43,304 nucleotides of DNA from a virus (Duplodnaviria > Caudoviricetes): IMG/VR virus record IMGVR_UViG_3300049847_000423, positions 1 to 43,304 of that record; one strand, written 5' to 3'. The position numbers were made by a program, and so were the translations under genes. Of this stretch, positions 28,576 through 36,976 are shown one piece after another; position 1 is the first letter of the stretch; each line of letters starts with the position of its first letter. A model generated the notes under the pieces. That model saw nothing but the letters and a program-made list of their open reading frames with translations. It ran no database searches and had not been told where the DNA came from.

Positions 28576-29178
28576 ATGCCTTTTTTAAATCAGATAGTAG
28601 GATTTATTAATGATGAATTAAAGACTGGCTCTTTGAATAAAGAAAAATTGCAACCGGCTAAGTTTTATGGCTTGATTACAATTGTAGCAAGAAGCCCAAA
28701 GGGAACTGCACAAAATCAAATAGAACTTTTGCCAGCAATTGTTACCGCCGATGGTAAAGCAACTCCTATAACACCTGATAGCAAACAAGCTATTCAAATT
28801 TACCACAAGCTGCAAACAAATGTTTACAGCAAGGAAAAAAACAGTTATGGCGATGCGTATTTTATCAAAAGCGTTAGCGAACTAACCATGGTGGTATTTA
28901 CCAACAGCAAGATTACTGGCAAGACAAAAGATGCTCTTGAACCGGTTGTGCTGCATGGAATGCCCCAAAGATTAAGTACAGCCTTGATGGCTGACTTAAA
29001 AATAAATAGTTGTCTGATTATTCCTGTGAGTTCTAACATGAACCACATAGAAGTATTTAGGCAAGAATATCCGCAATCGGATTATTTCTTAAACGAGCAG
29101 ATGAGCATGTTCGCCATCCGCTACAAAATTGAAATGAGTTTTTCACAGGCTTGCGTTGAGCAATGTTTGTGCGAATGA
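28576..29178 (+). CDS. Putative tail completion/terminator protein
   Basis: Position immediately before the tail tube gene. Confidence 0.45.
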   Translation: MPFLNQIVGFINDELKTGSLNKEKLQPAKFYGLITIVARSPKGTAQNQIELLPAIVTADGKATPITPDSKQAIQIYHKLQTNVYSKEKNSYGDAYFIKSVSELTMVVFTNSKITGKTKDALEPVVLHGMPQRLSTALMADLKINSCLIIPVSSNMNHIEVFRQEYPQSDYFLNEQMSMFAIRYKIEMSFSQACVEQCLCE

Positions 29179-29203
29179 TTTATTAACATTAAAAATTTTA
29201 AAA

Positions 29204-29770
29204 ATGAGTTCATACGCATATTTATATGGCTGCGGACAGAATGAAGCAGTACATACTTGCCACGATTGCCCTGAAGGAAGGGTGATTGAGTTTGCTGGAG
29301 CAAGGCAATCAGGCTTCATTAAAGAAGCATATTTGCCTACTTTATTGGCTTCACCTACTACTTTGGCGACTTGGCAAACAGGTATTACAAACGGTAGTAT
29401 CATAATGATACCTCAAACAAGAGGAAGCTATGATCCTAGTGACCCTAAAGAATTAAAAGGGTATGGTAACAGGAAATTCAGTTATGGCCAGCGTACTATG
29501 AAGCTGACAATTAACGACCCTGATTATATTGACAACTACCACTTTTACAATGAAATCAGCAAAAGAACGGATTTAGTGCCATTTTTCTGTACCAGTTCAT
29601 TGGTAAGGATTTTTGATACCGTTGCTTCTATCAAAGCTAAAGACCCTGTTGTGGAAGATATTGAAGAAGTAATTGACTGGCAAGTAGAAAGCCAGGTGGT
29701 AAGCACCAACTTGCCTATCATGGTTAAAAAGGCAACCATAGCATCAATCTTTACTTGCCCAAAGTTTTAG
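29204..29770 (+). CDS. Putative major tail (tube) protein; a -1 frameshift extends it to 29829
   Basis: 188 aa from ATG 29204; position after the neck genes; C CCA AAG slippery heptamer at 29758-29764. Confidence 0.65.
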   Translation: MSSYAYLYGCGQNEAVHTCHDCPEGRVIEFAGARQSGFIKEAYLPTLLASPTTLATWQTGITNGSIIMIPQTRGSYDPSDPKELKGYGNRKFSYGQRTMKLTINDPDYIDNYHFYNEISKRTDLVPFFCTSSLVRIFDTVASIKAKDPVVEDIEEVIDWQVESQVVSTNLPIMVKKATIASIFTCPKF

Positions 29771-29847
29771 GGGATTCGGAAAACCTACTAACCGAATTTT
29801 CAGATGAGTTTTCAGATGAATTTAATTAACAATTTCAAATATTAAAA

Positions 29848-30768
29848 ATGGGTAGCATAACCGCATTAAAAACTTTAGTTACAGATAATATAACACAACA
29901 AGGTAACACAGATAGGATAACTGGTTTAGAAGTTAGACAGGTTGTAAATTCTGTTATCGATTTTGTAGCAATGGAATATGCATTTAATAGTGCAATACCT
30001 TTTAGTTCTCTAAATGGTAAAATGGCAAGCCATACAGTTGCTGCTCCACTTGCTTTTACAATTTACAATAACAACTTAACACCTATGGCAGCTACATTAG
30101 TAAGACTAATTGCCGATGGGGTTAATGTTCCGGATTTTAGTGAATTTAAAATCAGCACTAATAGCTCTACTTATGTTAACATAAATGGAACGGTAAATTG
30201 CATATTGTTTTTTTATGATGGAGTTGATTATTGGGTTAATATGTGGCAAGAAAAAAGTTTAAATTTTGTCGATGTAGTTTTTGATGATTTGGATTTGGAT
30301 GTTAGTTTTGATACGGCTACAAAAGTTTTAACAAGTAATACAGGAGGCAATGGCGCTTACGTTAGTACCTCCTACACAATGACAAATGACTTTGAGTTAG
30401 TTTATGAACTTTTGTCAACTGGTTGCATTCTTGCAATTAGCAACGTAAATGACGGCATCTTTACTTGGCCAACCAGCCAAAATATTATAGCTGGCATGTA
30501 TCAATATATAGGCCCAGGCTTTCCAAATGGGATATACTTAGCAGAAACAGTTAGTGGGAATGGTGCAAATGTTACAGCTCCAATTGTAGCAGGTAGTTTT
30601 GTTAAAATGAAAAAGGTAGGCAATGATTTGATTTTTAGTTCAAGTAATGACGGAATTGTTTATACGACGTTTTATACGCTACCTAATAAGTTAATAGGAG
30701 TAACAAATTTTTATGTTAAAGCAATAATGACAGAGCCTGGTTCATTAAAAGCTAAAATCAAATTGTAA
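29848..30768 (+). CDS. Putative virion appendage/receptor-binding protein
   Basis: N-terminal helical anchor (NITQQGNTDRITGLEVRQVVNSVID) followed by beta-rich domains. Confidence 0.5.
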   Translation: MGSITALKTLVTDNITQQGNTDRITGLEVRQVVNSVIDFVAMEYAFNSAIPFSSLNGKMASHTVAAPLAFTIYNNNLTPMAATLVRLIADGVNVPDFSEFKISTNSSTYVNINGTVNCILFFYDGVDYWVNMWQEKSLNFVDVVFDDLDLDVSFDTATKVLTSNTGGNGAYVSTSYTMTNDFELVYELLSTGCILAISNVNDGIFTWPTSQNIIAGMYQYIGPGFPNGIYLAETVSGNGANVTAPIVAGSFVKMKKVGNDLIFSSSNDGIVYTTFYTLPNKLIGVTNFYVKAIMTEPGSLKAKIKL

Positions 30769-31559
30769 TGAATTTAATAAATCTACTTGGTAAGCATGAA
30801 AGCTTTATAACAAATACATTACAACCATTACTAATAGTTTTTGGGGGTGAAAGTAATAGTGGCGGTATAGCCAATAATTCAAGTGCTACAACATTTGAAT
30901 TGGCACCAAGAAACTTAAAGATTTTAAACAACACCACTTTAGCTAGTTTTGACAATTTGCATATTGGAAACAACAACCAATTTGGTCATAAAGGATTAGA
31001 ATTTGCTTTTAGCACAGGACATGGATTTGAATTAGAATTGGCTAATAAATATGATCAGGGAGTATTTGGTCAAAGGCAAGTGTTTTTGTGCAAAGCTGGC
31101 CAAGGTGGTACAGTAATAGAAAATTGGGTTGATGGTGTTTTATACAACACAATTGACCCCTATTCTTTGTTTATAACAAGAGTGCAAGCAGCTATTAATT
31201 TAATTAAAACCCAAACTCAACAAACACCAATTGTTGTAATGTTTTGGTCACAAGGGATAAACGATGGCGGAAATAACGTTCCTTTATGGAAAACAAAAAC
31301 AAAAAGCCTTTTTGCATCGCTTCGGCAAGATTTAGGCATTACATTACCAATATACTCAACTCAATTTCAAGGAATGGGATTTAGTTCGACTGATACTGCA
31401 ATTGCAGAAATTGAAAGCGAGATATCAAACTTTAAAGCAATAAATACTGCAGGTGCTGAAACGTCAGATGTAGTTGCCGGTGTTGGTATTCATTGGGGGT
31501 ACTTAGGAATGAAGCAAGTAACAAATTCTTTAATCAATTCTTTAATAACAAATTTGTAG
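30768..31559 (+). CDS. SGNH/sialate O-acetylesterase-like carbohydrate esterase
   Basis: GESNS (GQSN-like), KAGQGGT, WSQGIND, C-terminal IHWG. Confidence 0.7.
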   Translation: MNLINLLGKHESFITNTLQPLLIVFGGESNSGGIANNSSATTFELAPRNLKILNNTTLASFDNLHIGNNNQFGHKGLEFAFSTGHGFELELANKYDQGVFGQRQVFLCKAGQGGTVIENWVDGVLYNTIDPYSLFITRVQAAINLIKTQTQQTPIVVMFWSQGINDGGNNVPLWKTKTKSLFASLRQDLGITLPIYSTQFQGMGFSSTDTAIAEIESEISNFKAINTAGAETSDVVAGVGIHWGYLGMKQVTNSLINSLITNL

Positions 31560-31850
31560 ATGTTTATAAAAAACTTTTTTTTAGAGGTAACAAGTACTGG
31601 GTTTATAATACCAGGATGGGCTGAAAAAATTTCGGTTCTAGCAATACTAGCTGGTTTGGTTTATTACTTTAGTAAACAACTCGACCAGATGAAGGAGTTA
31701 CGTGAAGAAGATAGAAAAGAGTTTGAGCTCAAGAGAGAAGCCGACCGTAAAGAGATGGTGGCTATGCATGACAAGGCAATTGAAAGTATTAACAACAATA
31801 CAAATGTTATGCAACGCCTAATTGACAAAATTGATAATCAAAAAAACTAA
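31560..31850 (+). CDS. Putative holin
   Basis: One transmembrane segment plus a charged coiled-coil tail; first gene of the lysis cassette. Confidence 0.55.
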   Translation: MFIKNFFLEVTSTGFIIPGWAEKISVLAILAGLVYYFSKQLDQMKELREEDRKEFELKREADRKEMVAMHDKAIESINNNTNVMQRLIDKIDNQKN

Positions 31851-31852
31851 GT

Positions 31853-32434
31853 ATGGAAAATTCTGTAAACTACAAAAGCTATCATACTAAGATAATTGTT
31901 TTAGTTGCTATTTTTTTTGCATTGCTTTTTTTGAGCAGCTGTTCACGTCCAAAATATAATAAGTCAACCAGCACTAATGTAAAAATTGACAGTGTATTTA
32001 TTAAACAAATAGATCGAGTTGAAGTACTTATAAAAGACACTGTTATTACCACACAATTAGATAGTGTATTAGTAGTTTTAGATACTTTGTTTTTGGACAA
32101 AGATTGCCCAACTGTAAAAGATAAATCAATAGAGCGTTATTCAAACAGCGGTAACACTAAGGCAACTATTAGCCTAAAAAATGGCTTGTTATCGGTACGT
32201 TGTGATAGTGATAGCTTAAAGATTGTAGTAACAAATTTAAGGCAAATAATAAGCTACAAGGAAAATGAACTTTCAAAAGCAAAGTTGAGTGCCACAACTA
32301 TTACAGTTGAAAAGCCAGTTCCAAAAATTAAGTATAAGGTGCCGGTATGGGCTTGGATATGCCTAGCATATACTTTAGCGTCATTGATATACATTTTTAG
32401 AAACCCAATTATTTCACTTGTAAAAAAAAATTAG
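31853..32434 (+). CDS. Putative unimolecular spanin (lipoprotein with a C-terminal TM)
   Basis: Lipobox LSSC after a hydrophobic signal; C-terminal VWAWICLAYTLASLIYIF TM; lysis context. Confidence 0.65.
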   Translation: MENSVNYKSYHTKIIVLVAIFFALLFLSSCSRPKYNKSTSTNVKIDSVFIKQIDRVEVLIKDTVITTQLDSVLVVLDTLFLDKDCPTVKDKSIERYSNSGNTKATISLKNGLLSVRCDSDSLKIVVTNLRQIISYKENELSKAKLSATTITVEKPVPKIKYKVPVWAWICLAYTLASLIYIFRNPIISLVKKN

Positions 32435-32435
32435 T

Positions 32436-32969
32436 ATGATTTTTATCAGTGCCGGCCACCACCTCAAAGATAGTGGAGCCATCGGACCAACAGGGAGACA
32501 GGAAAATAAGGAAGCTATAGAGTTTAGAGATATAGTTTGCAATATGCTTACAAAACGTGCTGTTAAATTTATTAAAGACGACGATAAAGAAACTCTACCC
32601 GAGTATTTAAAAAGAATTGAAACTGGTAGTGGTAGTGTTGTTATTGAATTTCATTTTGATTCTTATAATGGTAAAGCATCCGGTACGACAGCTTTAGTTG
32701 GTAATTATGCCGACAGGTTAGATAAGGCATTTGCAAAAGAAATAGTTGATATTACTGCTACAGCCTTATCTATACCAAATAGAGGTGTTAAAACGGAAGC
32801 ACAAAGCAATAGAGGACGTTTGGGCTTAATGAGAGAGCAAGGTGTAGTTTGTTTGCTTGAACTTGCTTTTATTGATAATGTTAACGATATGGCAGCTTAT
32901 GACTTTAGCAAGGAATATCTTGCTAATAAGATAGCCGATATAATTATTAGGTACGAAAGTTTACTGTAA
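32436..32969 (+). CDS. N-acetylmuramoyl-L-alanine amidase (Amidase_3) endolysin
   Basis: ISAGH, E..EA, EFHFDS, LLELAFIDN zinc-amidase motifs. Confidence 0.9.
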   Translation: MIFISAGHHLKDSGAIGPTGRQENKEAIEFRDIVCNMLTKRAVKFIKDDDKETLPEYLKRIETGSGSVVIEFHFDSYNGKASGTTALVGNYADRLDKAFAKEIVDITATALSIPNRGVKTEAQSNRGRLGLMREQGVVCLLELAFIDNVNDMAAYDFSKEYLANKIADIIIRYESLL

Positions 32970-32976
32970 TTTCTTT

Positions 32977-33505
32977 ATGTATAAATTAAAATCTCTAGTA
33001 GTATTGCTGATTACAGCTTTCGCTATTAGCGTTGGAACGGCCACCGAAAACCGACAAACTGCAACAAAGCTACACTTCACAAATTGTTGTTAGGGAAACC
33101 ACTGGCCATAACGATGGGAAAGCCGTTGAAATGTATTTACAAACAGTTGGGCTTACAAAAGGCTATCCGTGGTGTGCGGCTTTCGTTAAGTGGAATTTGT
33201 TACAGGCAGGTATTGTAGATGCCAACCGAATTAATGGTATGGCTTTAAGTTGCCACAATTCAGATAATATTGTTTGGTTTAAAAACAGTTTTTCAAAAGC
33301 CTTGCAGCCTGGCGATGTGTTTACTTTATACTATCCAAAACTTAGGCGAATAGGGCATACAGGCTTTTATGACAAGCGAATAAACTCATCAGTTTACCGA
33401 AGTGTAGAGGGCAATACAAACGAAGCCGGAAGCCGTGAGGGCGATGGCGTTTATTATAAATACCGAAGTTTCAGAGCAACCTACAGTATTACCCGATGGG
33501 TATAG
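32977..33505 (+). pseudogene. CHAP-domain peptidoglycan hydrolase whose signal peptide is out of frame
   Basis: PWCAAFV, GHTG and VEGNT in ORF 33032..33505; the signal-peptide-like ORF from ATG 32977 is in a different frame. Confidence 0.65.
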
Positions 33506-33526
33506 TAAGTATCATTCAATATCGTA

Positions 33527-33556
33527 AAAATGCACCTTTGAATATAGGTGCATTTT
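33527..33556. terminator. Bidirectional intrinsic terminator between the lysis genes and the integrase
   Basis: AAAATGCACCT-8nt-AGGTGCATTTT inverted repeat between convergent genes. Confidence 0.75.
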
Positions 33557-33559
33557 CAT

Positions 33560-34777
33560 TTACATCACATTACCAAGTTTGTCAGCTTCAATCCTCAATT
33601 TATCATTTTTTAAGTGTAGGTATGTTTCAATAGTCTTTTTTGACCTAACGCCAAACATTGCCATTGCTGGTTTTATCTCTATACCAGCATCAACAATAAA
33701 GCCACCCATTGTATGCCTACCTACATGAGAAGTAAGGTTAATACTTAATCCTGCGGCGGCAGCTAATATTTTTAAGTGAATATTAAAGGTTGTGCGAAAG
33801 CTCTTAGCATCGGTTGCTGGTAATTTATTAGCTAAGGTGGTTTCAAAGTACCTACGCTGACGTTCGGTTATAATGGGGATTTGTGCTGTGTTTTGATGCC
33901 TCCTTGTTTTATGCGGAGTAAATAGTAAATCCCCAGCATCGTTAAAAAAACAATCGTCAAGCATCATTGCATCGCTTATACGCATCCCTGATACACACAT
34001 GGAAAGAAACCGCCAACCAATTTTTTTTGTTAGCTCCGAGATATTTGCGTTTGTTAATAATTCCTGTTCGATTATTTCAACTTCAGATAATTCTAAATAT
34101 TTAATTTTTGTGAGGTTCTCTTTATAAGTGCCAACCTTGAATTGTTTAAATGGATTCCCATCAGGTAGGATAATTTCATTCCTTATAGCTTCATTGTACA
34201 CCATACGGATAAATCCTAATGCTTTCCAAATGCTGTTATGCTCTAATTTTGTTTTGTCTTTTTTTACATAAACATTTTGAAGCCATTGCTTATAATCAAT
34301 AAGGAATGTTACACCGACCTGGTTAAAATGCAACTCTGCTTTAAATTGCATCATACGTTTAATTTCATCCCTGTAACGGCGTTTACTATCCTCTGTATAA
34401 GGTTTGCCATCCTTCAATTTTTTTTCATTGATTACCTTTTCTGCATACTCATAAAAATTCTCGTATGCACTATTTGAAAGCAGGTATTGCTTTATTATTT
34501 CTTTGGTGAGAGGCAATCCAAATGTTTGTCGTTTAAGGATAAAGTTTTTGTGTCGATTAAGAGAGTTTTCCAACAATGAATTTAGTAATGCCGAATTAGG
34601 GCATTTGCTTTTTACTCTCTTGGTTTCAAAATCCCAAAATTCAGGCTTTACTTTTTGACCGAGATTATGAGTACAAATGTGGGTTCTTTTAAAGTCAAAC
34701 CGAATGACAATTGGTGCGTAACCCTGTTTGTTAATCCGATGCGTTACCAGTTCGGGATAAATGTTTACTGCTTCCAT
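33560..34777 (-). CDS. int: Tyrosine integrase (Bacteroidota type with an arm-binding domain)
   Basis: SGMRISD (R), HKT (K), SHVGRHT (HxxR), TIETY (Y); ATG 34777 preferred over 34846. Confidence 0.93.
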   Translation of the reverse strand: MEAVNIYPELVTHRINKQGYAPIVIRFDFKRTHICTHNLGQKVKPEFWDFETKRVKSKCPNSALLNSLLENSLNRHKNFILKRQTFGLPLTKEIIKQYLLSNSAYENFYEYAEKVINEKKLKDGKPYTEDSKRRYRDEIKRMMQFKAELHFNQVGVTFLIDYKQWLQNVYVKKDKTKLEHNSIWKALGFIRMVYNEAIRNEIILPDGNPFKQFKVGTYKENLTKIKYLELSEVEIIEQELLTNANISELTKKIGWRFLSMCVSGMRISDAMMLDDCFFNDAGDLLFTPHKTRRHQNTAQIPIITERQRRYFETTLANKLPATDAKSFRTTFNIHLKILAAAAGLSINLTSHVGRHTMGGFIVDAGIEIKPAMAMFGVRSKKTIETYLHLKNDKLRIEADKLGNVM

Positions 34778-34793
34778 GTTTTTAGTTTTAAAA

Positions 34794-35024
34794 TGTTGGA
34801 GCAACGTTGGAGTATTGTTGGAGCAAATGCCGCCATTTACTGCCAAATACTGCCATTTATTGCCGCTAAAAATATGGGGGAGTACTTCCCTTAAACGCAG
34901 AAAGTCAGTGATTTACACTGACTTTCAACTAATTGCCAAAACAATTTTGGCGGACCGGACGGGTCGTAAAACACCACATTTATTTAGCTGAAAATCAAAT
35001 TATTAAGAACTATTGTTGGAGCAA
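34794..35024. other. attP region: arm-type repeats flanking a core that matches a tRNA-Asp 3' end (34948-34963)
   Basis: TGTTGGAGCAA-type 11-mers at 34794, 34805, 34816 and 35014; minus-strand CCCGTCCGGTCCGCCA core. Confidence 0.78.
34900..34926 (-). terminator. Hairpin downstream of the att core (replacement terminator for the target tRNA)
   Basis: GAAAGTCAGTG-ATTTA-CACTGACTTTC, 11-bp perfect stem. Confidence 0.7.
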
Positions 35025-35029
35025 ATAAG

Positions 35030-35416
35030 TTATTTTTTTGCTCGTTTAGGTTTAAGATTAAGCGATACTTCTATTTGTCTAACACTATCTTCTAATTCAT
35101 TCATTCTAATTTCTAAAGCCTGATAAGCGTTGTATAGATGCTCATCGGCATACATATTTCCACCTCCAGTTATCAACCATAATGGAGAAATTTTATAATG
35201 ATGACAAAGCCTACCAATGGCTTCTACTGTAACAAAATTTTTCCCAGTATTATCTCTTAATCGCAGTATGTTGCTACTTTTAATTCCGACAATTTCACCA
35301 AAGGCTTGTGCCGTAACTTTTCCAATTGCCCGATTACCCAATATCCTATCCATCGCAAACAAAAAACGTTGCGTAATTTCACTACTGAAAAATTTTTTAT
35401 CGGTTATATCAAGCAT
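35030..35416 (-). CDS. XRE/CI-like HTH protein with a coiled-coil tail
   Basis: AQAFGEIVGIKSSNI HTH and ISPLWLITGGGNM motif. Confidence 0.8.
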   Translation of the reverse strand: MLDITDKKFFSSEITQRFLFAMDRILGNRAIGKVTAQAFGEIVGIKSSNILRLRDNTGKNFVTVEAIGRLCHHYKISPLWLITGGGNMYADEHLYNAYQALEIRMNELEDSVRQIEVSLNLKPKRAKK

Positions 35417-35616
35417 TACTGTTTCTTATACGTTTTTTGACAACCTGGAGTGCTTATAGAATTTACATAGCCCTGTATTTCGCTTTCAGTTTTATCGCAT
35501 TCTGATTGCAATGCACTACCGGTGCAATCAATGATTTGCCAGCATGATTTCGCACTTTCTTTTTTGCATGAAAGAAAAGCAATGGTTACTATTAATATGA
35601 ATAAATATTTTTTCAT
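35416..35616 (-). CDS. Small Cys-containing lipoprotein
   Basis: MKKYLFILIVTIAFLSC lipobox. Confidence 0.75.
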   Translation of the reverse strand: MKKYLFILIVTIAFLSCKKESAKSCWQIIDCTGSALQSECDKTESEIQGYVNSISTPGCQKTYKKQ

Positions 35617-35617
35617 T

Positions 35618-35890
35618 CTACTTCGTTGTTAGAGTTTTTGCAAAAAAAACAGGGTCATGCCCTTTTTCTTTACAGAATTGAATTAGTTTATCATAAGTTA
35701 AATTAGGGTCGGAATTGGGATTATACAATTCCCCTTCTTTTGCCGTCATGCCTCGTAGTTTCATCTCAACTCCAACAGAAGCATTGTGCAATGTGATTTG
35801 CAATTCAATAACCTTCTTTTCCTTTTCTGTTATCCCCGAACTGCATGATATAAAAAATGCAATTAGCAGGAATGAAAAAAAATGTTTCAT
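35618..35890 (-). CDS. Small lipoprotein
   Basis: MKHFFSFLLIAFFISC lipobox. Confidence 0.75.
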   Translation of the reverse strand: MKHFFSFLLIAFFISCSSGITEKEKKVIELQITLHNASVGVEMKLRGMTAKEGELYNPNSDPNLTYDKLIQFCKEKGHDPVFFAKTLTTK

Positions 35891-35892
35891 AA

Positions 35893-36531
35893 TTAGTTTC
35901 TTTTATTTATCCATCCGTGAATAAGCCAAATGCTTTTTATCTTGATTTTAGGCAACTCGAAATCGTCATACTCTTGGTTTTCTGATCTAAGCAAAAAGTT
36001 TGCTTTTGGATTTTCTTTGTCCTTTCTTATATACTTCAAGTATTTACGCTTATCAGTACACACGATGCCATATATCTGACCGTATTCCAAGTGGCTTTGC
36101 CAATCTTCAACCCTTGTTCCAAATAGAATAGACCCGCTTTTTATGGCAGGTTCCATACTATCTCCGTAAGTCCTAAATGCCGTGCACCCAGCGAATTCAG
36201 GAATGTCCATTTCATAAGCCGGAGTTATGCTATTAGTATCATCGTAAAATTCAATATCCCCTGCGGCAAAATCTACATCATAAAACTTTACAAGACCTAC
36301 TCCAACCTTTTTACCAAAACGACCATTTGGAGCTTTAATAATACCTATTTGAATACTTTTGTTTTCATTTATAAATTCCTGCAACTTAGTAAAATCATCC
36401 AGTTTTGGTTTAGTACCTCGTTGCTCCCAAGCATTAATCCTCCCTTTAGGAATACCGATTTTATCAGCTAATTCCTGTTGGCTAAGGCCAAGCTCTTCAC
36501 GGAGCTTCTTTATGTTGACGTTTGTATCCAT
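35893..36531 (-). CDS. cI: CI-like repressor (HTH plus S24 autopeptidase)
   Basis: LREELGLSQQELADKIGIPKGRINAWE HTH; AAG cleavage-site region, GDSMEP catalytic Ser, YLKY Lys. Confidence 0.9.
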   Translation of the reverse strand: MDTNVNIKKLREELGLSQQELADKIGIPKGRINAWEQRGTKPKLDDFTKLQEFINENKSIQIGIIKAPNGRFGKKVGVGLVKFYDVDFAAGDIEFYDDTNSITPAYEMDIPEFAGCTAFRTYGDSMEPAIKSGSILFGTRVEDWQSHLEYGQIYGIVCTDKRKYLKYIRKDKENPKANFLLRSENQEYDDFELPKIKIKSIWLIHGWINKRN

Positions 36532-36539
36532 GTGGATAA

Positions 36540-36600
36540 CTATGTGAATAAAAATGTTTTCAAAAAATACATTTTGAATACAAATGTTCTTATTTTTGTT
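36540..36600. promoter_or_regulatory. Divergent lysis/lysogeny switch region
   Basis: Between divergent cI and the early operon; TATTTTTG at 36591; imperfect repeats GAATAAAAATGTTTTC (36546) and GAATACAAATGTTC (36576). Confidence 0.55.
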
Positions 36601-36627
36601 CTATAATTTACGAATTGATAAAAACAA

Positions 36628-36969
36628 ATGAAAAAAATAGAAAACAAAAGTATAGCAAAAAATTTAAACAAAGCCAAATCTGTGGTGGATTTTTTTGAAT
36701 TGAATAATAATGTTATTACCTGCTATTGTTACTCACCTGAAAACGAAACAGAGGAAAACTATACTCCAATAGATGTAACTCTTAATGAGTTTGAATTGTG
36801 GTTGGATGATGAAGGTTTTTTAAAAGGAGACTATGAACGCATCGTTTGCCCACACGAAATGATTACAACAATTGATACGTGGAGTTACACCATTGATGAA
36901 TTTATGAGTGGTGAGAACCACCATTGGAATATATCTGATTTACTAACCAAATTCTTAAACAAAAACTAA
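36628..36969 (+). CDS. Acidic hypothetical early protein
   Basis: ORF; first gene of the rightward operon. Confidence 0.65.
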   Translation: MKKIENKSIAKNLNKAKSVVDFFELNNNVITCYCYSPENETEENYTPIDVTLNEFELWLDDEGFLKGDYERIVCPHEMITTIDTWSYTIDEFMSGENHHWNISDLLTKFLNKN

Positions 36970-36976
36970 AAAGACA

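Noticed and set aside
29768-29791. Amber readthrough or alternative genetic code at the tail tube TAG
   Set aside because: Readthrough meets TAA after 6 codons, other genes end normally at TAG, and no suppressor tRNA is present; the -1 frame explains the repeat better
8693-31559. Remote DGR variable repeats in tail or fibre genes
   Set aside because: No GFGLAY...VGSRLC-like segment seen in any structural protein translation; a BLASTN of the TR against the genome would confirm
34778-34846. Longer integrase start at 34846
   Set aside because: The extension runs through the attP arm repeats; ATG 34777 has a typical A-rich upstream context
34948-34963. A second tRNA gene
   Set aside because: Only the 3' 16 nt are present and there is no D or anticodon arm; interpreted as the att core
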